57,619 nt of DNA, filler included, from Jimgerdemannia flammicorona (GCA_003990765.1; 3 parts of 3 records of this genome joined end to end with filler, not necessarily neighbours in it); one strand, 5' to 3'. Positions 1 through 14,300 are shown, counted from the first letter of the whole stretch. The notes: generated by a model from the sequence alone, not told the origin. Made by a program: numbers and translations.

Positions 1-1199
1 AAAACCCTCCCCCAATACCCATCAAGCACTGCTCCCTCATTAACTTAGGCTAGCTATTATCCAGTAGCTTGACTATGTCAGATGCAGCAGGGCCTATGTT
101 GGCCTATACCTCATTCTGTACACCATGTTCTTCCTACCATTAGGGGGAACTCAGCTATACACCAACAACCAAAAGCACATACCTGAGACCCCAACATATA
201 TATAAGACTATGTCTGAGCTGAATAGAATAGTCTCTGCTACTCTAAAGAGAATAACAGGTAAAGAAAAAACTTTCATCAAAGTATATCATGGTGGATAGA
301 GCCTGGTTCTCCCAGTTGAGGTAAGTAAAGGACTTATATGTGAGGTGGGAGGAGACCCCCAATACTCCACTACTCAAGCCTGCAGGCCTTGATCACATTG
401 CTATATCAGCTCTCAGTTTCAGTTGAGTGTAGCCAAGATATCTAAAATAGGTAGCCTTGGGTCCTTCAACCCCCCCCCCAACAACCAGGGCCCAATCTGC
501 TAAATTGTCAAAAGAAGCCAAGAGTGATACCTACTACCTAACTACTCTACACCAATCAAAAGGCCCCACCAAAGCAGTATCTGCTCTAGCCCCAACAACT
601 GCCCCCAGTCTAGTACTCTACTAGTTTATCATTATTGTCCTTCCTCTTATCTATCATGGCCATCTCCTCTCCCATCCTGATAATATCTGAAAAGTAGTCA
701 CCTACATCAGAACTATGCTTGCTGGAAAGCTCACCAAAGCCAGAGAGCCCCACCATAGATACTAAGAACCTGCAGATAATCTACACTGAGCACTTAATGT
801 CCAAGTTCAGCTGACTTCCTATGCAGCCTGTGATATACTGAGACAGTATCTTATTGGTGATGGCAAAAGGAAGAAGGTGCTGCATACTCCAGATATAGCC
901 GAAGGTATCAGAAACTGCAAAAAAGTAAAGAAGACACCAATCTGACACTAATAAAGGAGCAACTCATCACCATTGCCTCCCTCCCACTACTCTGCAATAG
1001 ATACAGCAAACCAATCTGAGGTAGAGGGGGTAATAATTATGGAAAGTGGAATTGGAAGATTGCCTATCAAACTATTGTAACTGGTAAGGTAGTAGAGAAA
1101 GAGGCAGCCACTTATAGTAGTATACCACTGTCTTTCAATGACTCTTTGAGTAGTACTAGTAATCTTGAGTACTATTGTAATACTTCAGTTATTAGCTAT

Positions 1200-4100
1200 A
1201 GTACTTTTTAAGTCAGTTTTGATAGATAGTAGTGGGGATTATTATGCCTGATATTTTTTATAGTCAAAAGGTATCTTGCACCAGGTAAGGTCCTTTCTAC
1301 TTAGGCTCTAGTTTTTGTAACCATGAAGCTTCTACTATATTCTAATATATTAAAATTTTATCTTCTATCTTGATAATCTCCAGGGGCTTGTGAATCTTTT
1401 TTGCATTATTCTATTATAGTACCTATACCTTGGTTATATAATCCTCAGCCTTCTTTCTAATTTGGTGTAGTCTCTATATCTCTGTGTCTATATATTTCTA
1501 TACAGTATCTCTTGAGGAGTAAAATGGGTACTTTGTGATCAGATATTCTAAAGAGCAGATAATGCTATTGCAGATAGTGATCCTAGTTTTTATAATTATT
1601 ACAGATCTTAGTAATGATATTCTTGAGAGTCTTATTGATTCTTTCTACTTGTCTATTTCTCTAAGGATAATAGACTGTAGTCTGAATATGCTGGATCTTA
1701 TACTTCTTATAGAGAACCTCAAAGAACTGATTCACAAATTCTGTTCCTCTATCTATAATTACTTGTGCTGGGGTCTTGACTAGCAGATGATTTCTTTGTA
1801 GAAGAAATTAGTAATTAACTGTGTATTAACTTCTTTAAGAGGTCCTGCCTCTATCTACTTTGTAAAAAGGTCTACAATGATGATGATGTATTAGTTGTCA
1901 GTCAAAGTCAAGGGTAGAGGGACAATTATATTTATTGCAATATATACAAAGAGTACTAATTCTATGTATACTAATCCTGGGGTCTGATTTTATTGATCTT
2001 ACTTCTATTTCTGGTATCTGTCACAGGTCTTGACAAATTGTCTGATATCTTTCTCTATTCCTGATCACCACATTGTTCTTCTTACTTTATCATATATATT
2101 TTTTCCTCCTAAATAGCCAAGTTCATATACTGATTTTATTGCTTGCTTCTTCTTGTATTTAGATATGACTAGTAGCTTTTCTTTCTTTAGTATTTCTCTG
2201 TCAGTCTTGAATTGTTTCTATATTCTGTTGATAATCATTTGTATTCATTCTTTTAGATGTTGGGACAACTTTTGCTGTCCCAGATAGGTGATAGTTCTAT
2301 AGTAGAGTTTCTTATTCATGGTTGATTTATTGGTTAGAGGTCCTTTGGGGTATCTGTGAGAGGACATCTACATTGATATTGATTCTTCTAGAGTAGTATA
2401 TGATAGTTATGTCATAAGCTTGCAACTTTATAATCTATCTGACATAGATTCCTTTAGATTGCCTGGTGGTCAGTAGCTAGGTGAGGGCTGGGTGGTCTAT
2501 CTAAATAGTGAAGTATCTCTCTATAAGGTAGTAGTAGAACTTTTCTACAGCCCAGATGACTGTAAGACATTTTAGCTAATAGGATTCATATTTCTTTTTA
2601 ACTCTTCAAGTTTCTTAGCTGAGATATGTAATGATATATTCTACTTTATCTTTCTTCTGAGCCAGAACTACTCCTAGTTCTTGTATATTTATATCTATCT
2701 GCAGAATGAATTCTTGAGTCCAATCAGGTCTTCTGAGGATAAGTACTTGGGTCAGCCTGATCTTGAGTTTATTAAATACTTTTTGTTACCTACTGTCTAT
2801 TGAAACTTAACAATCTTCTTATTGAGTTTATAAATTAGTCTTGTGATGTTGGAGAATCTCTTGATGAATCTTTGATAGTATGAGATAAGTCCCATAAAGG
2901 CTTAAGCTTCAGTGATAGTAGTGGGCCTTGGGTATACTACTACTACTCAAATCTTAAGAGAGTCTGTATGTATTCTATCTTAATTGATAATATGGTTAAG
3001 ATAGAAGATCTCAATTTCTGCAAACTTATACTTCTTGGGCTTGATATAAAGAGCATACTTCTTTAGCTTCTCTATTTTCTACTAGATATACTATAGATAT
3101 TCTTTGGCTATCTTACTATAGATAATAATATGTATTATCTATATAAATCATTATCCATCTTTCCATATTATAGTAAAAGATCTTGTTTATCATTTATTGG
3201 AAACTTACTGATGTATTATATATTCTAAATAGTATTTGCAGGTAGACATAGATTTTATCTGGAGTAATGAAGACTGATTTTTCACTTATTACTTCTGTGA
3301 GACTAATTTAGTAGAATCCTGAATATAAGTCTAGAGTACTGTAGTACTATACTTTATCTTCTAAGGTTATAAGGATATCACTGATAAGGGGTAGTAGTTA
3401 GTGATCCTTCTTTATAGTCAGATTAAACTTCCTGTAATTGGTACAGAGTCTTGAGGTAAATTCTCCTAGTTTGCTTCCTTTTTTTAAAGCTAATATAACT
3501 AGTGAAGCCCAAGGACTGCTGGCTTCTTTGATGATACCAGTTTCTTCCATCTGCTGGATTTCTTCTCTGAGCTATTCACAATAATCTGATGGAATTGGCC
3601 TTGCTTTTTGATAGATTGATTCAGTATCTTCTATATCTATATTATAATAGTAGTACAGAGTTTTTCTCTTAATATCCTTGAAGTCTGTGGCTAGGATATT
3701 CTTGAATTTATAGAGTATCTTCTTGAGTTCCTTCTTGAGTAGGAATTCATCTCTAATGGTATAACTATACTTATTTGTAGTTTTCTTCTTTTTATTATTC
3801 AATTTGGTAATCTTGATACTGGTAAATACTCTTCTTTTTGTGGATTCAAATTCTTTCTTTTCTCTTTTCATTTCCTCCAACTTCTTAACCTCCACAATCC
3901 TTGGCTGAAGAGCTAAGAAGATTAACATTTATACTAGTTAGTTTTTTTTCTTAATTGAGAATAGAATTGTAGAATTGTAGTTCCTAGCAATGAGTAGTAT
4001 TTCTCTAATATAGTCTGAATTGATGACTCCTCCTTTGATAGTAATCTCACTCTTGGCCAGACTGTTTCTTGTCTTGAGAATCCTAATATAGTTCTTTGGA

Positions 4101-6409
4101 ATAGTCATTTCTAGACTCATTGTAAGCAGGGTGGTAGTCTGGGGCTCTAGTATAGTTTCTTTAGCTGTGGTAATATCTATTCCAGCTATATTCTCTAACT
4201 TATATTCTGATAGAACTGCATCAGGGTGGATTTTCCAAATCTTGACCTTGATTTCTTCTTCATCATCATTGTTCTCTAAGAGGACTAGTAGTTCATCATC
4301 CTTTTTCTCCTCCTTCTCTTGTCTTATCTGTTTTTTAAGAGTCTTCTGTCTTCTTTTATAGTAGATTTTCTTGATTCTACTAATATACTGATAGTAATTA
4401 TTAATATGTTTTATATAGTATATCTTAATTCTATGAGGGCAGACTCCTTGTGGTATATATCCTTTAATAATCCTTTTGCATCATTCTTCTTTACTGATCT
4501 ATCTGACTTTTTTCTTCTTTTTCTGTATAGTTACCATATAGGTTTCTTTTTGCTCACTTTCTTCTTCTTTTATCTCAGGTAGTACTTTTTTATTGATATT
4601 GATGGGAATTCACATCTTCTGACCTCAGTGGATAATTGACATCTTTTGGGTATTGAGGTTGATTATTGCTTTTATGAAGCCACTGATTACTGATGAGTAT
4701 GTCATAGTTGATAGTATTGATTATGAATACATTTACTGAGATAGTTGTTCCTCCAAACTTAATGGGGATATCTCAGATCTTTCTCAGAGATATAACTCTT
4801 ATATCATCTACTGTAATGAATACCAATTTGATTACTTCTTCAACCTCCCAACCTAGGTAGTCTGCTGCTTTCTTACTGAGAAGACATCCTTCTGCTCTAG
4901 TATCAATGATGACCTCAAAGATTCTATCTTCAATTTGATAGATTGTATAGACAGATATCTTGTAATTATCCTTGCTCTCTTCTCCAGAGTCTTTTTGAAC
5001 ATTGTTGGTCTCAGTTTTCTTTCAATCTTGCTCTTTGATTATCTCAGCAAGTCCATATCTCATTTGCTATCTGAATGTGGATATTTTTGCCAGCTGGCCA
5101 AAGGTTATATTGATCTTTTATTGACTGAGATTCTTGAAAATATCATACTTAAAAGTCTTGATCTTACAAAGCTTCTTTTCTTTTTCCCCTTTACTGGCTG
5201 GGATATTTTCTTGAATAATATCTTGAATAGTCTGTTCTAGTTTTATATTTTGATCTATTTCTTCACCTTGGCTTTCAATAGTAGTTTCTATCTATTTTTC
5301 TACAGAGTTCTTCATAGGTCTCTCTGGCAGTCTCGTAAGATTGCTTGTGAATATACTTCTTAACAGTCTCAGTAGTATAGACTTTCTATTTTTCTTCATC
5401 TGATTCTCCAATCTCCTCAAAGATGATAGTATTGGCCTATTCCTTATTTTAAGTAGTATTGCTTGGCTGAGCTTTATACTTAATCTCACTTATATATTTA
5501 TATAAGTAATGGTCTTTTTCTCTACAAGTATAGCAGGTACCTCTCTTTTTGTCTGAGGTGGCAGTAAACTTCTGAACTGAACAGCAGTCTCTTTTTCTAA
5601 TTTTCTTTATTACATCTCTAAGATAGGTAGTTATTTTAGCAAACTTCTTAACAAGTTTCTCTATAGAGTCATTATTTCTCTACTACTCAGTAGCTCTTAG
5701 CTAAGGTGTATTTCAATTGATTACTGTAGTAAGAATTATACTAGTTGCCTTGAGCACTTCAATTCTGACTCTAGTGACTCTTTTCATTATATGGTCTTAT
5801 AGATGTCTAACTATCTAATATCACTGGATATAGGTGATCTTCTGTGATAAGTTCAGGACTACTAGTAATGAGCAGATAGCCATTGCTATCTCTTTTTATG
5901 AAAATTACTTCAGCTACCTGGTCTTGAATTGTATCAGTATAATTTGCAAAGATTATCTGATATTAGATTCTAGTATAGAATGTATTTGGATCTACACTTA
6001 TTTCTTAATATGTTATATTGAACTAATTCTTCAGTACTTGCTTGATCTTATCTATATAATAGGTGGTTTAGAGCTAGGCCTTCTGTATTGCTAGTATAGT
6101 ATTGTCATCATTTTCTATATAGGTTATAGCTATAAATGTTGCTCTTGCTAGTTCTTAGAGACTGAAGGACAAGAGAGCTACTTGCTATATTACTGTTAGA
6201 GTCCTTACAGCAATATACTGCTCAAAGTTATTAATAAATATAATAATTGATTCATCTGAGATATATTTATAGAATACTGATAGTCTCATATTCATCTTGT
6301 CTGAATGTCTTGGTTTGATTTGTATGATTGTTTAGATAATAATAATTATTCATTATTTAGCTTGAAAGTGAGGAATTGGTCTTGAATCATCAGCCAATAA
6401 GTACCAAGT
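1200..6409 (-). mobile_element. Degenerate Ty3/Gypsy LTR retrotransposon internal region (gag-PR-dUTPase-RT-RNaseH-IN), family A
   Basis: Colinear with the better-preserved element at 22349-28479. Integrase C-terminal KLEPK*KGPY near 1290; RT remnants ~2900-3600 (IYQKARPIP); dUTPase remnant KTRNSLAKSEITIKGGVINSDY at 3938-4120; protease ~4600-4950; gag ~5700-6300. Many stop codons. Confidence 0.9.
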
Positions 6410-6863
6410 TGTAATGTAATAGATATGTAACTATATAAATATGTCAGATTTCTATATCTTGAAAACTTAATCTTTTTTAACTCTACAAAGTCCTCAGTTG
6501 TAGGGGTGGGTGAGTTCAAAGTATATCTGTTTACAGACTTACTAGTTTTTTTTTTGTTTTCTCTTTGCTTTGAACTATTTTGATCTGAGGTTTATTCACT
6601 CTAGATACTGGGGATATTTTTATAAGTTTGCTAGCTATGAGATTGATGGCTAAGTTATAAGTTATTTTAAAAATATCAAAATATTTTGATATTGTTAAAA
6701 TACTATACTATATCAGATCAGATCTTTAATTTTGAATATTTTGAAATCTTTAGAAATTGTCAAAATCAGTGACTGCTAACTATATGGCTATACTAATTTG
6801 GAACTAGTTACAATTAAATATCTATTCCTAATTCTTTTTTCCAAATTTAGCTCTATTATTATA
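6410..6863 (-). repeat. 5' LTR of the family A Gypsy copy (decayed)
   Basis: Aligns along its length with the TG...CA LTR at 19644-20120. Decayed PBS/leader immediately adjacent (6360-6409). Confidence 0.85.
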
Positions 6864-6901
6864 TTATATAAAACTTACAATTATATAGATTATAGATATA
6901 T

Positions 6902-7174
6902 CCCTTTGTCTGTAGATAAGATCATCTTTTAAAATCATTTAGCAGACAAATTAAAGTTTGAAAAAAATGATTTTTTGAAACATTGTTTTTCTGTTAAAAA
7001 TATTTCTCAATTTGTTTAAAAATAAATTTTTTTTTTTTTGTAAAATTTTTACCAAAGGTAGAATTATTATATAAAAAATTATTGATAAATTTTTTTTTAA
7101 AAGCTATTATGATTTTAAAAGTTATAAACTTTTAAAATCTTGTCTCTAAATATAGATGCAAAACAGTCAAAGAG
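6902..7174. mobile_element. Non-autonomous TIR element (CCCTTTG...CAAAGAG)
   Basis: Near-identical inverted copy at 30915-31190. CCC terminus. Flanks ATAT and ATAG. Confidence 0.75.
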
Positions 7175-8040
7175 ATAGATCTCATAATTATAAGAGATAA
7201 CTTATAGAAAAAAAAATCTTAACTTAGCTACTATATAATTAGTAAATTTATATAAATATCTCTAGTATCTAAAGTAAATAAATCTTAGATTGAAATAGTT
7301 TAAAGTAAAGAGATAAGAGAACTAATAAGTCTGTAGATAGATATACTTTAAACTTACTTTTATATATCTATATTTTAAAAACTCTAAGAAGTTAAAGAAA
7401 ATCAAATATTTAAGATAAAAAATCTACTATATTTTCAAGATTATATATCTGTTATATTATAATAATAAGTTATATATAACTAGAATACTTTTATATTCCT
7501 TAATATTAAATATTTTATATATTTTAATTAGTTATAAAAATTTATAAAATATATAAAATTTCTTATCTCACTATTTTTTCTTAATTTTTATTTTATTTTT
7601 ATTTTTTAGATTTTAAATATATATATTATTTTTTTAAAAAAAAATCTTTAAAAACTATTTAAATTTAAAATATTTCTTTAAAATATTTAAAATTCACTAA
7701 AATATTTTAAAAACTAGAATTATTATACTATCAATAATTATATATTAGTAATTCTTTATTAACTATTTCTATTAATAAATTACTATTAATAAAAATAATA
7801 ATAATAAATTTAATAATAATAATTATGATTTTTATTTATTTTTTATAAAATTACTTTGTTTATTATATTTTATATTTATTTAATAGTTATATTTAAAATA
7901 AATTAGTTTCTTTGAAAATAAATTCAAATTAATATGTTTATATTACTATTAATATATTATAAGCATATTTACTTTATACTCTTTTCTTTTAATTATTTTT
8001 TTAAAATTAAATTTTTATTATTTTATTAAAGCACTGAAGC
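7175..8040. other. Extremely AT-rich decayed repeat DNA
   Basis: Almost only A/T, no CpG, no ORF. Ends abruptly at the island edge. Confidence 0.6.
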
Positions 8041-8519
8041 TTTAAATTCTTAACTTCAACTGCAACATCGGAATCGGTATATCTCGAGTTACCCAGGCTG
8101 TTTTCCAACAAACTAAGCCCTCTTTGATACATGCCACGCGTCGGCTCACGGTAAAATCTCACCACCGACGTCACTACCTAGTTTTTGGTGGCTTGACGCA
8201 AAAAAAAAAAAGAAATTGCATAAATATCGTCTAACGGAATTTCTCGCTCTTTGCACGAAGTCGTGGCTAATGAGTTGTGCGTGGCTCATTGGGTTCATGG
8301 TTAGCTTTGCTTTCTGGCTTAAGGGAGGCCCGATCCTTACGGTGCTGGCCGGATTAACCCACCGGTTCAAACCATCCAAGGACCGGAAACTACTCTTGCT
8401 GGGGCCTAAGGCAATTGAGTCGGGGGCTGGCATTATGGCTACGACTTGGAAAGCCACCTCTTCGTGTCGCTTTCTCCCGCCTGTATTCTCTTACATGTAT
8501 CCTTTACACACCCATTTTC

Positions 8520-8980
8520 ATACACACGCATTATGTGCTTATTTTCTAACTCACGTTATTTTTTACCCAACGCGTTTTCTCATCCAACGCGTTGTTTTCT
8601 CACCCAACGCGTTATTTTCTCACCCAACGCGTTGTTTTCTCACTCATCGCGTTGTTTTCTCACCTACGCATTGTTTTACGCACGTAGTGTTTTTTTACGC
8701 ACGTAGTGTTTCGGACATTCGCATTGTTTTCTTACACGCATTGTTTTCTTATGCGTAGTGTTTTTTTACCCACGAGTTATTTTCTTTCCCACACATTGTT
8801 TTCTTATCCATGCAATGTTTTCTTACGCCCACATTGTTTTCTTATGCATGAATTGTTTCTCACCAACATATTGTTTCTTACGCATGTAGTGTTTTCTTAC
8901 CTTGGCATTGTATTACGCATGTAGTGTTTTCTTACTCGAGCATTCGCATTGTTTTCTTACCCGTGCATTGTTTTCTTACT
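8520..8980. repeat. ~20-bp minisatellite (CGTTGTTTTCTCACCCAACG and variants)
   Basis: Near-perfect 20-bp units at ~8570-8660 decaying into TTGTTTTCTTAC variants. Confidence 0.85.
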
Positions 8981-9549
8981 AATCTGTAAATCTAACGCTT
9001 CCATTTGCCAACGACTTCAACTAACTTTTGGCACCGGTCGAACTCATTCCTCCCCTTCCAACCTACCCTAGATCACAACCGCGATCGCCATTAGTCATAA
9101 TATATATTTCGGTGTTTTGCGAAAACATGGCCAACGGAAATCCATGGTGAGTTTATTCTTCTTTCACGTTACTGCGCAACTTGGCGAGCATATCGTTCGT
9201 TTCCTTCACGATCTCGAAATCCTTCGTGTTCCGTTGAAATATTTAATCATCTTATTTACGCACTATTCTACCTTCATTTCAACTCCGCATAGGGAAAACA
9301 AACCAATGCAAGGACAAAACTGAACATTCTTGCAGCCAAAGTAAGGCACCACTCGGTGACGAAATTCGTCGTTCCTGCTCAACATATGGCAACGCCTGTA
9401 TTGTGTATTTACGTTTGGGATTGGGTATGTTGATAAGGCGGGACGAGTGAGGGTGAGTGAGGGTGGGGTAGGGTGTTGCAGTGGACTCGAGGCTGTGTGC
9501 GAGAAAAGGCGCGCTAATATTTTCATGCGCTAACAGCGTCACTTTATCT

Positions 9550-10302
9550 CAGTAACCTTTGCCGACGTCAGTACCTACCTCAAGGAGCACGACCCGTTGA
9601 TCCGATCCGTTGTACCACTACATAGCAGTATGTAGCCAAAATCTTTGCCTGTTATTTTTGTTGGTCAAGATTCCATATCGAAGGCTATCATTAATGGAGG
9701 GCTATTTTTTTTTTTTCTTCTTCTTTTTCAGGACGGCGAGCTCAAGCCTTGCGACGACGAACGAGGGAATTGGCTCCGACTACCTGACTGTCAACTTCAA
9801 ACTCTCCAAGGTCGAAAGGTCGAAGATGCCCTCGTTGTCGAAGATGTATGTACCTGTTCGCTTTGCATTTTCATTTCTGATATGCAACCTGTTCGCTTTC
9901 CTATTTTCATTTTCATTCCTGGTATCCAACCTTCGTCCCTCATATATCCCACACTCCAAATTTATCAACCCCACAGAGATCATACAAATGTCCCATCACC
10001 TCCTCCAAACCGAGGGTCTCTTCGTCATCTCTTCAGCGGCGCGGAACTTGGCGGGTCCCGTCTGTGCGCGGCGACTTCAACGCGTTGGACAACATCCAAT
10101 GGCCATTGTGGCGGTGCTGTACGATGGAGGAAACCAGTATATGTGTAAGGGGTACAACGAGACGTGGGAGAGCGGATTCAGCGAAGATATGAGGAAGGGG
10201 GAGGAAAGCGTGGATTAAGGGGAGGTGGTGAATTGGAGTAAAGCGGTGTCGGAGGGATTGGTTCGGATATGGCGATTTCAGTTAGCCAAGGAGGTGCAGT
10301 GA
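9550..10302 (+). pseudogene. Possible fragmentary or spliced gene of unknown product
   Basis: GC-rich coding-like blocks separated by intron-like stretches (TTTTCAG acceptor ~9730, GTATGT donor ~9846). No family recognised and no consistent frame reconstructed. Confidence 0.25.
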
Positions 10303-11318
10303 TTTCCGGAGTTTTGTATCATTTCCCTCATCGTGAATAAATTAAGAAAACGGAGTTGCTCTTGGTATGAGCGCAATTAAGGGATCCGTTCAACAGGTTC
10401 ATTTTCAGGCCCTTTATTGTCTGTCATATTTCACACGCTCTGTAAGGCATGTGTTTGGTGGACCATCCAAATTGAGGTGGTTGTGGAACGTTCGTGCAAG
10501 TAGACTTTTCCACCTTTTCATTCCACCATTCTCTATGCTTACAAGGTGTTACATAGTTAGCAAAAAAAAAAAAAGTATAAATATGAGGGCTCATTGTAAA
10601 TTATCATATCGGAATAAGAGTGGGTGAGTGAAAGGAAGGTTATAATCAACAAAAGAAGCGTAATCTAAAGGAACTACGTAAATTCGGAAGAAGAACGCGT
10701 GCAAAGAATGAACGCAATCAAAGCCAGGATCCATTATCAGCAAAGATGACAGGTTCATTTTCAGGCTTGACAGGTAGCCTTACGACACTTCACTTAAGAT
10801 ATTCACTGTCAAAAGAGTCGATAGATTTGCCTCTTCGGGCAATATACCGCGACCAATTTCATGTAGCTCACTCAACATCAAGTATTCGCAAGCACACCAA
10901 CATCCACTTAATAGAATGTCATGTACCATTACATTCTTCGAAGACGTCAAACCTACACAGTTGATCACCACATCCACACCAATGCCGATACCACAATACT
11001 CTTTCAAGTGTGCGTGTAAAACAGCGCATGCACATCGAACTGGTACCAACCATATCTCCTTGCGGCCAGACATTCACACGAAGCTACAATTTTTATATCA
11101 GCACCAGGTGTGGGGATGAAGATAAACAGACAGTGATCTGCAGCCGTTTTATATGCTAATCGGCATAACTTCTATATATACGTAATTAATTATATGTACA
11201 TATATCACAAATTGCTATAATAGGTTGCCTATTCATAATGAAAGAAGAATACACAAAATGTATACCCATGGTTATCAACTAGAAACTAAACAGACGGATG
11301 CAAAAACTTAACACAATC

Positions 11319-14300
11319 TTAAATCGTGATTGTGAGGGTTGTGTTCACTTTCTGCGCTTCGGCTAGTCCGCTGGTTCCGTGAATACCAATACCATTGTCT
11401 ACAGAGGAACCCCAGAATCATGTCAGCTGGAACGATAGTCAGTTGAATGCAAAAATGTGACGCGCTTCGCTCTTCTACATACATTCAAGATTCAGGTTTT
11501 GCAGGCTCATGTTCGTTTTCAGCGCTTCGGCTAGTGCGCTGGCTCCTTCATCGCCAATACCATTTTCTACAGAGGGGCCCATAGAATGTACGAGCGTGTT
11601 TACCAACCGGAATGCTAAACGGATGAATGCAAAAAAAATGAAGAGATTCGTCTCCCTACATACCACCTAGATTCAGGATTTGTATACTCGTGTTCGTTTT
11701 CAGCGCTTCAGCTAGTGCGCTGGCTCCCTGATCGCTACTACCATTATCTACAGAGGAATTCATAGAATGTATACTCGTGGTTATCAGCTGAAACGCCAGA
11801 CGATGAATGCAAAATAGTGACGCGCTTCGTCCAGTTACATACGTCGTAAATTCAGGTTTTGCAGGCTCGTGTTCATTTTTAGCGCTTCGGCTAATACGCT
11901 GGCACCCTGAACGCCAATAACACTGGCTATAGAGGAACCCAGAGAATGGGTGCGCGTGGTTGTCAGCTGGAACGCTAAAAATGTGGCGTGCTTCGTACCC
12001 TTACATACCGTGTAGATTCAGATTTTGCAGGCTCATGTTCGATTTCAGTGCCTCGGCTAGTGAGCTGGCTCCCTGATTGCCAACAACATTGTCTACAGAG
12101 GAACCCATGTACGCGCGTGGTTGTCAGCTGGAACGCTAAATAGATGTAAAAACCACGCACTTCGTACCCTGTAGATTCAGGTTTTGCAAGCTCGTGTTTG
12201 TTTTCAGCGCTTCGGCTAGTGCGGTGGCTCCCCGACTGACAATACGAGTGGCTACAGAGGAACTCATATAATGTACGCGTGTGGTTGTCAGCTGGAACGC
12301 TAAACAGACGAATGTAAATATGTGACGCGCTTAGTTTCCCTACGTACATTTTAGATTCAGGCTTTGCATGCTCGTATTCGTTTTCAGGGCTTCGGCTAGT
12401 GCGTTGGCTCCCTTATCGCCAATACCATTATCTGCAATGGAATCCACGGAATGTTGTCAGCTGGAATGCTAAATAGAAATGTGACGTGCTTCGTTCTTCA
12501 TAATTACATTCTAGATTCAGGTTTTGCAGGTTCGTGTTCGTTTTCAGGGCTTCGGCTAGTGCGCTGGCTCCCTGACCAAAAATACGATTGGCTACAGAAA
12601 ACCCGGCAGAATGTACACGCGTGGTTGTCAGTTGGAATGCTAAACAGATTAATGCAAAAATGTAACCCCTGTATACATTGTAGATTCATGTTTTGTATGC
12701 TCGTGTTCGTTTTTAGCGCTTCGGCTAGTGCGCTTGCTCCCTGGTCGCCAATAGCATTGTCTACAAAGGAGCCCACATAATGTACGTGCGTAGTTGTCAG
12801 CTGAAACGACAAGCAGATGAATGCAAAAATCTGACATATTTCGTCTCCCTATACCACGTAGATTCAAGTTTTGGATGCTCGTCGTCGTTTTCAGTGCTTC
12901 GGCTAGTGTACTAGTTCCATGACCGCTAATATCATTGCCTACAGAAATCCAAAGAAGGGGCGCATTGTTTTCACCTGGAACACTAACAGATGAATGCAAA
13001 AATGTGACGCACTTCGTCCCCCTACATACGTCGTAGATTCAGGTTCTGTATGCTTGCGTTCATTTTCAGTGCCTCGGCTAGTGCGCTGGCTCCCTGATTG
13101 CCAATACCATTGTCTATAGAGGAGCCCATAGAAGGTATGCGCGTGATTGTCAGCTGGAATGCTAAACGGATGAATGCAAAAATATGATGCACCTTGTTCC
13201 CGTACTTACTTTCTAGATTCAGGTTTTGCATGCTCATATTCGTTTTTAGCGCTTCGGCTAGTGCTCTGGCTCCTTGATCGCCACAACCATTGGCTACAGA
13301 AAAGATCATAGAATGTACGCGCAGGGTTGTCAGCTGGAGTGCTAAAAAGATGAATGCAGAAATGTGAAGCGCTTTGTCCTCATACATACCGCGTAGATTC
13401 AGGTCTTGCAGACTCTTGTTCGTTTTCAGCGCTTTGGCTAGTGCACTGACTCCCTGATCGCCAATACGATTGTCTACAGAGGAACCCACAGAATGTACGC
13501 TCGTGGGTTTCAGCCGAAACGATATACAGATGAGTGACGCATTTCGTCCCCCAACATACATTCTAGATTCAGCTTTTGTAAGTTCGTGTTCGTTTTCATT
13601 GCTTCGGCTAGTGCGCTGACTCCCTGATCGCCGATGCCATTGTCTACAGAGAAACCCACAGAATGAACGCGCGTGGTTACCAGCTGGAGTGCCAAAAAGA
13701 TGAATGCAAAAATGTGAAGCGCTTTTCATACATACCGCGTAGATTTAGGTCTTGCAGGCTCGTGTTTGTTTTCAGCGCTTCGGAGAGTGCGCTGGCTTCC
13801 TGATCGCCAATACCATTAACTACACAGGAACCCACAGAATGTACCCGCGTGGTTGTCAGCTAGAACGCTAAATATGTGAATGCAAAATTGTGACGCGTTT
13901 CGTCCTCCTACATTCCTACAGACATTCTAGATTCAGGGTTTGCAGGCTCGTGTTCGTTTTCAGCGCTTCGGCTAGTGTCATGGCTCCTTGACTGTCAATA
14001 ACATTGTCTGCAGAGGAACCCACAGAATGTACGTCAGCTGGAACATTAAACAGATGAATGTAAAAATATGACGCGCTTCGGCTCCTACATACATTGTAGA
14101 TTCAGGCTCGTAAGCACTGTCGGCACGCTGGCTCTATGACCAGCAATCCCATTGTCTACAGAGAAACTCACAGAATTTAGGCGCGTAATTGTCAGCTGGA
14201 ACGCTAAACAGATGAGTGCGAAAATATGACGCACTTCGTTCCCTACTTACAGCGTAGATTCAAATTTTGCAGGCTCGTGTTCGTTTTCAGCGCTTCGGCT

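Noticed and set aside
8216..8924. Phe/His-rich ORFs
   Set aside because: Translations of the 20-bp minisatellite.
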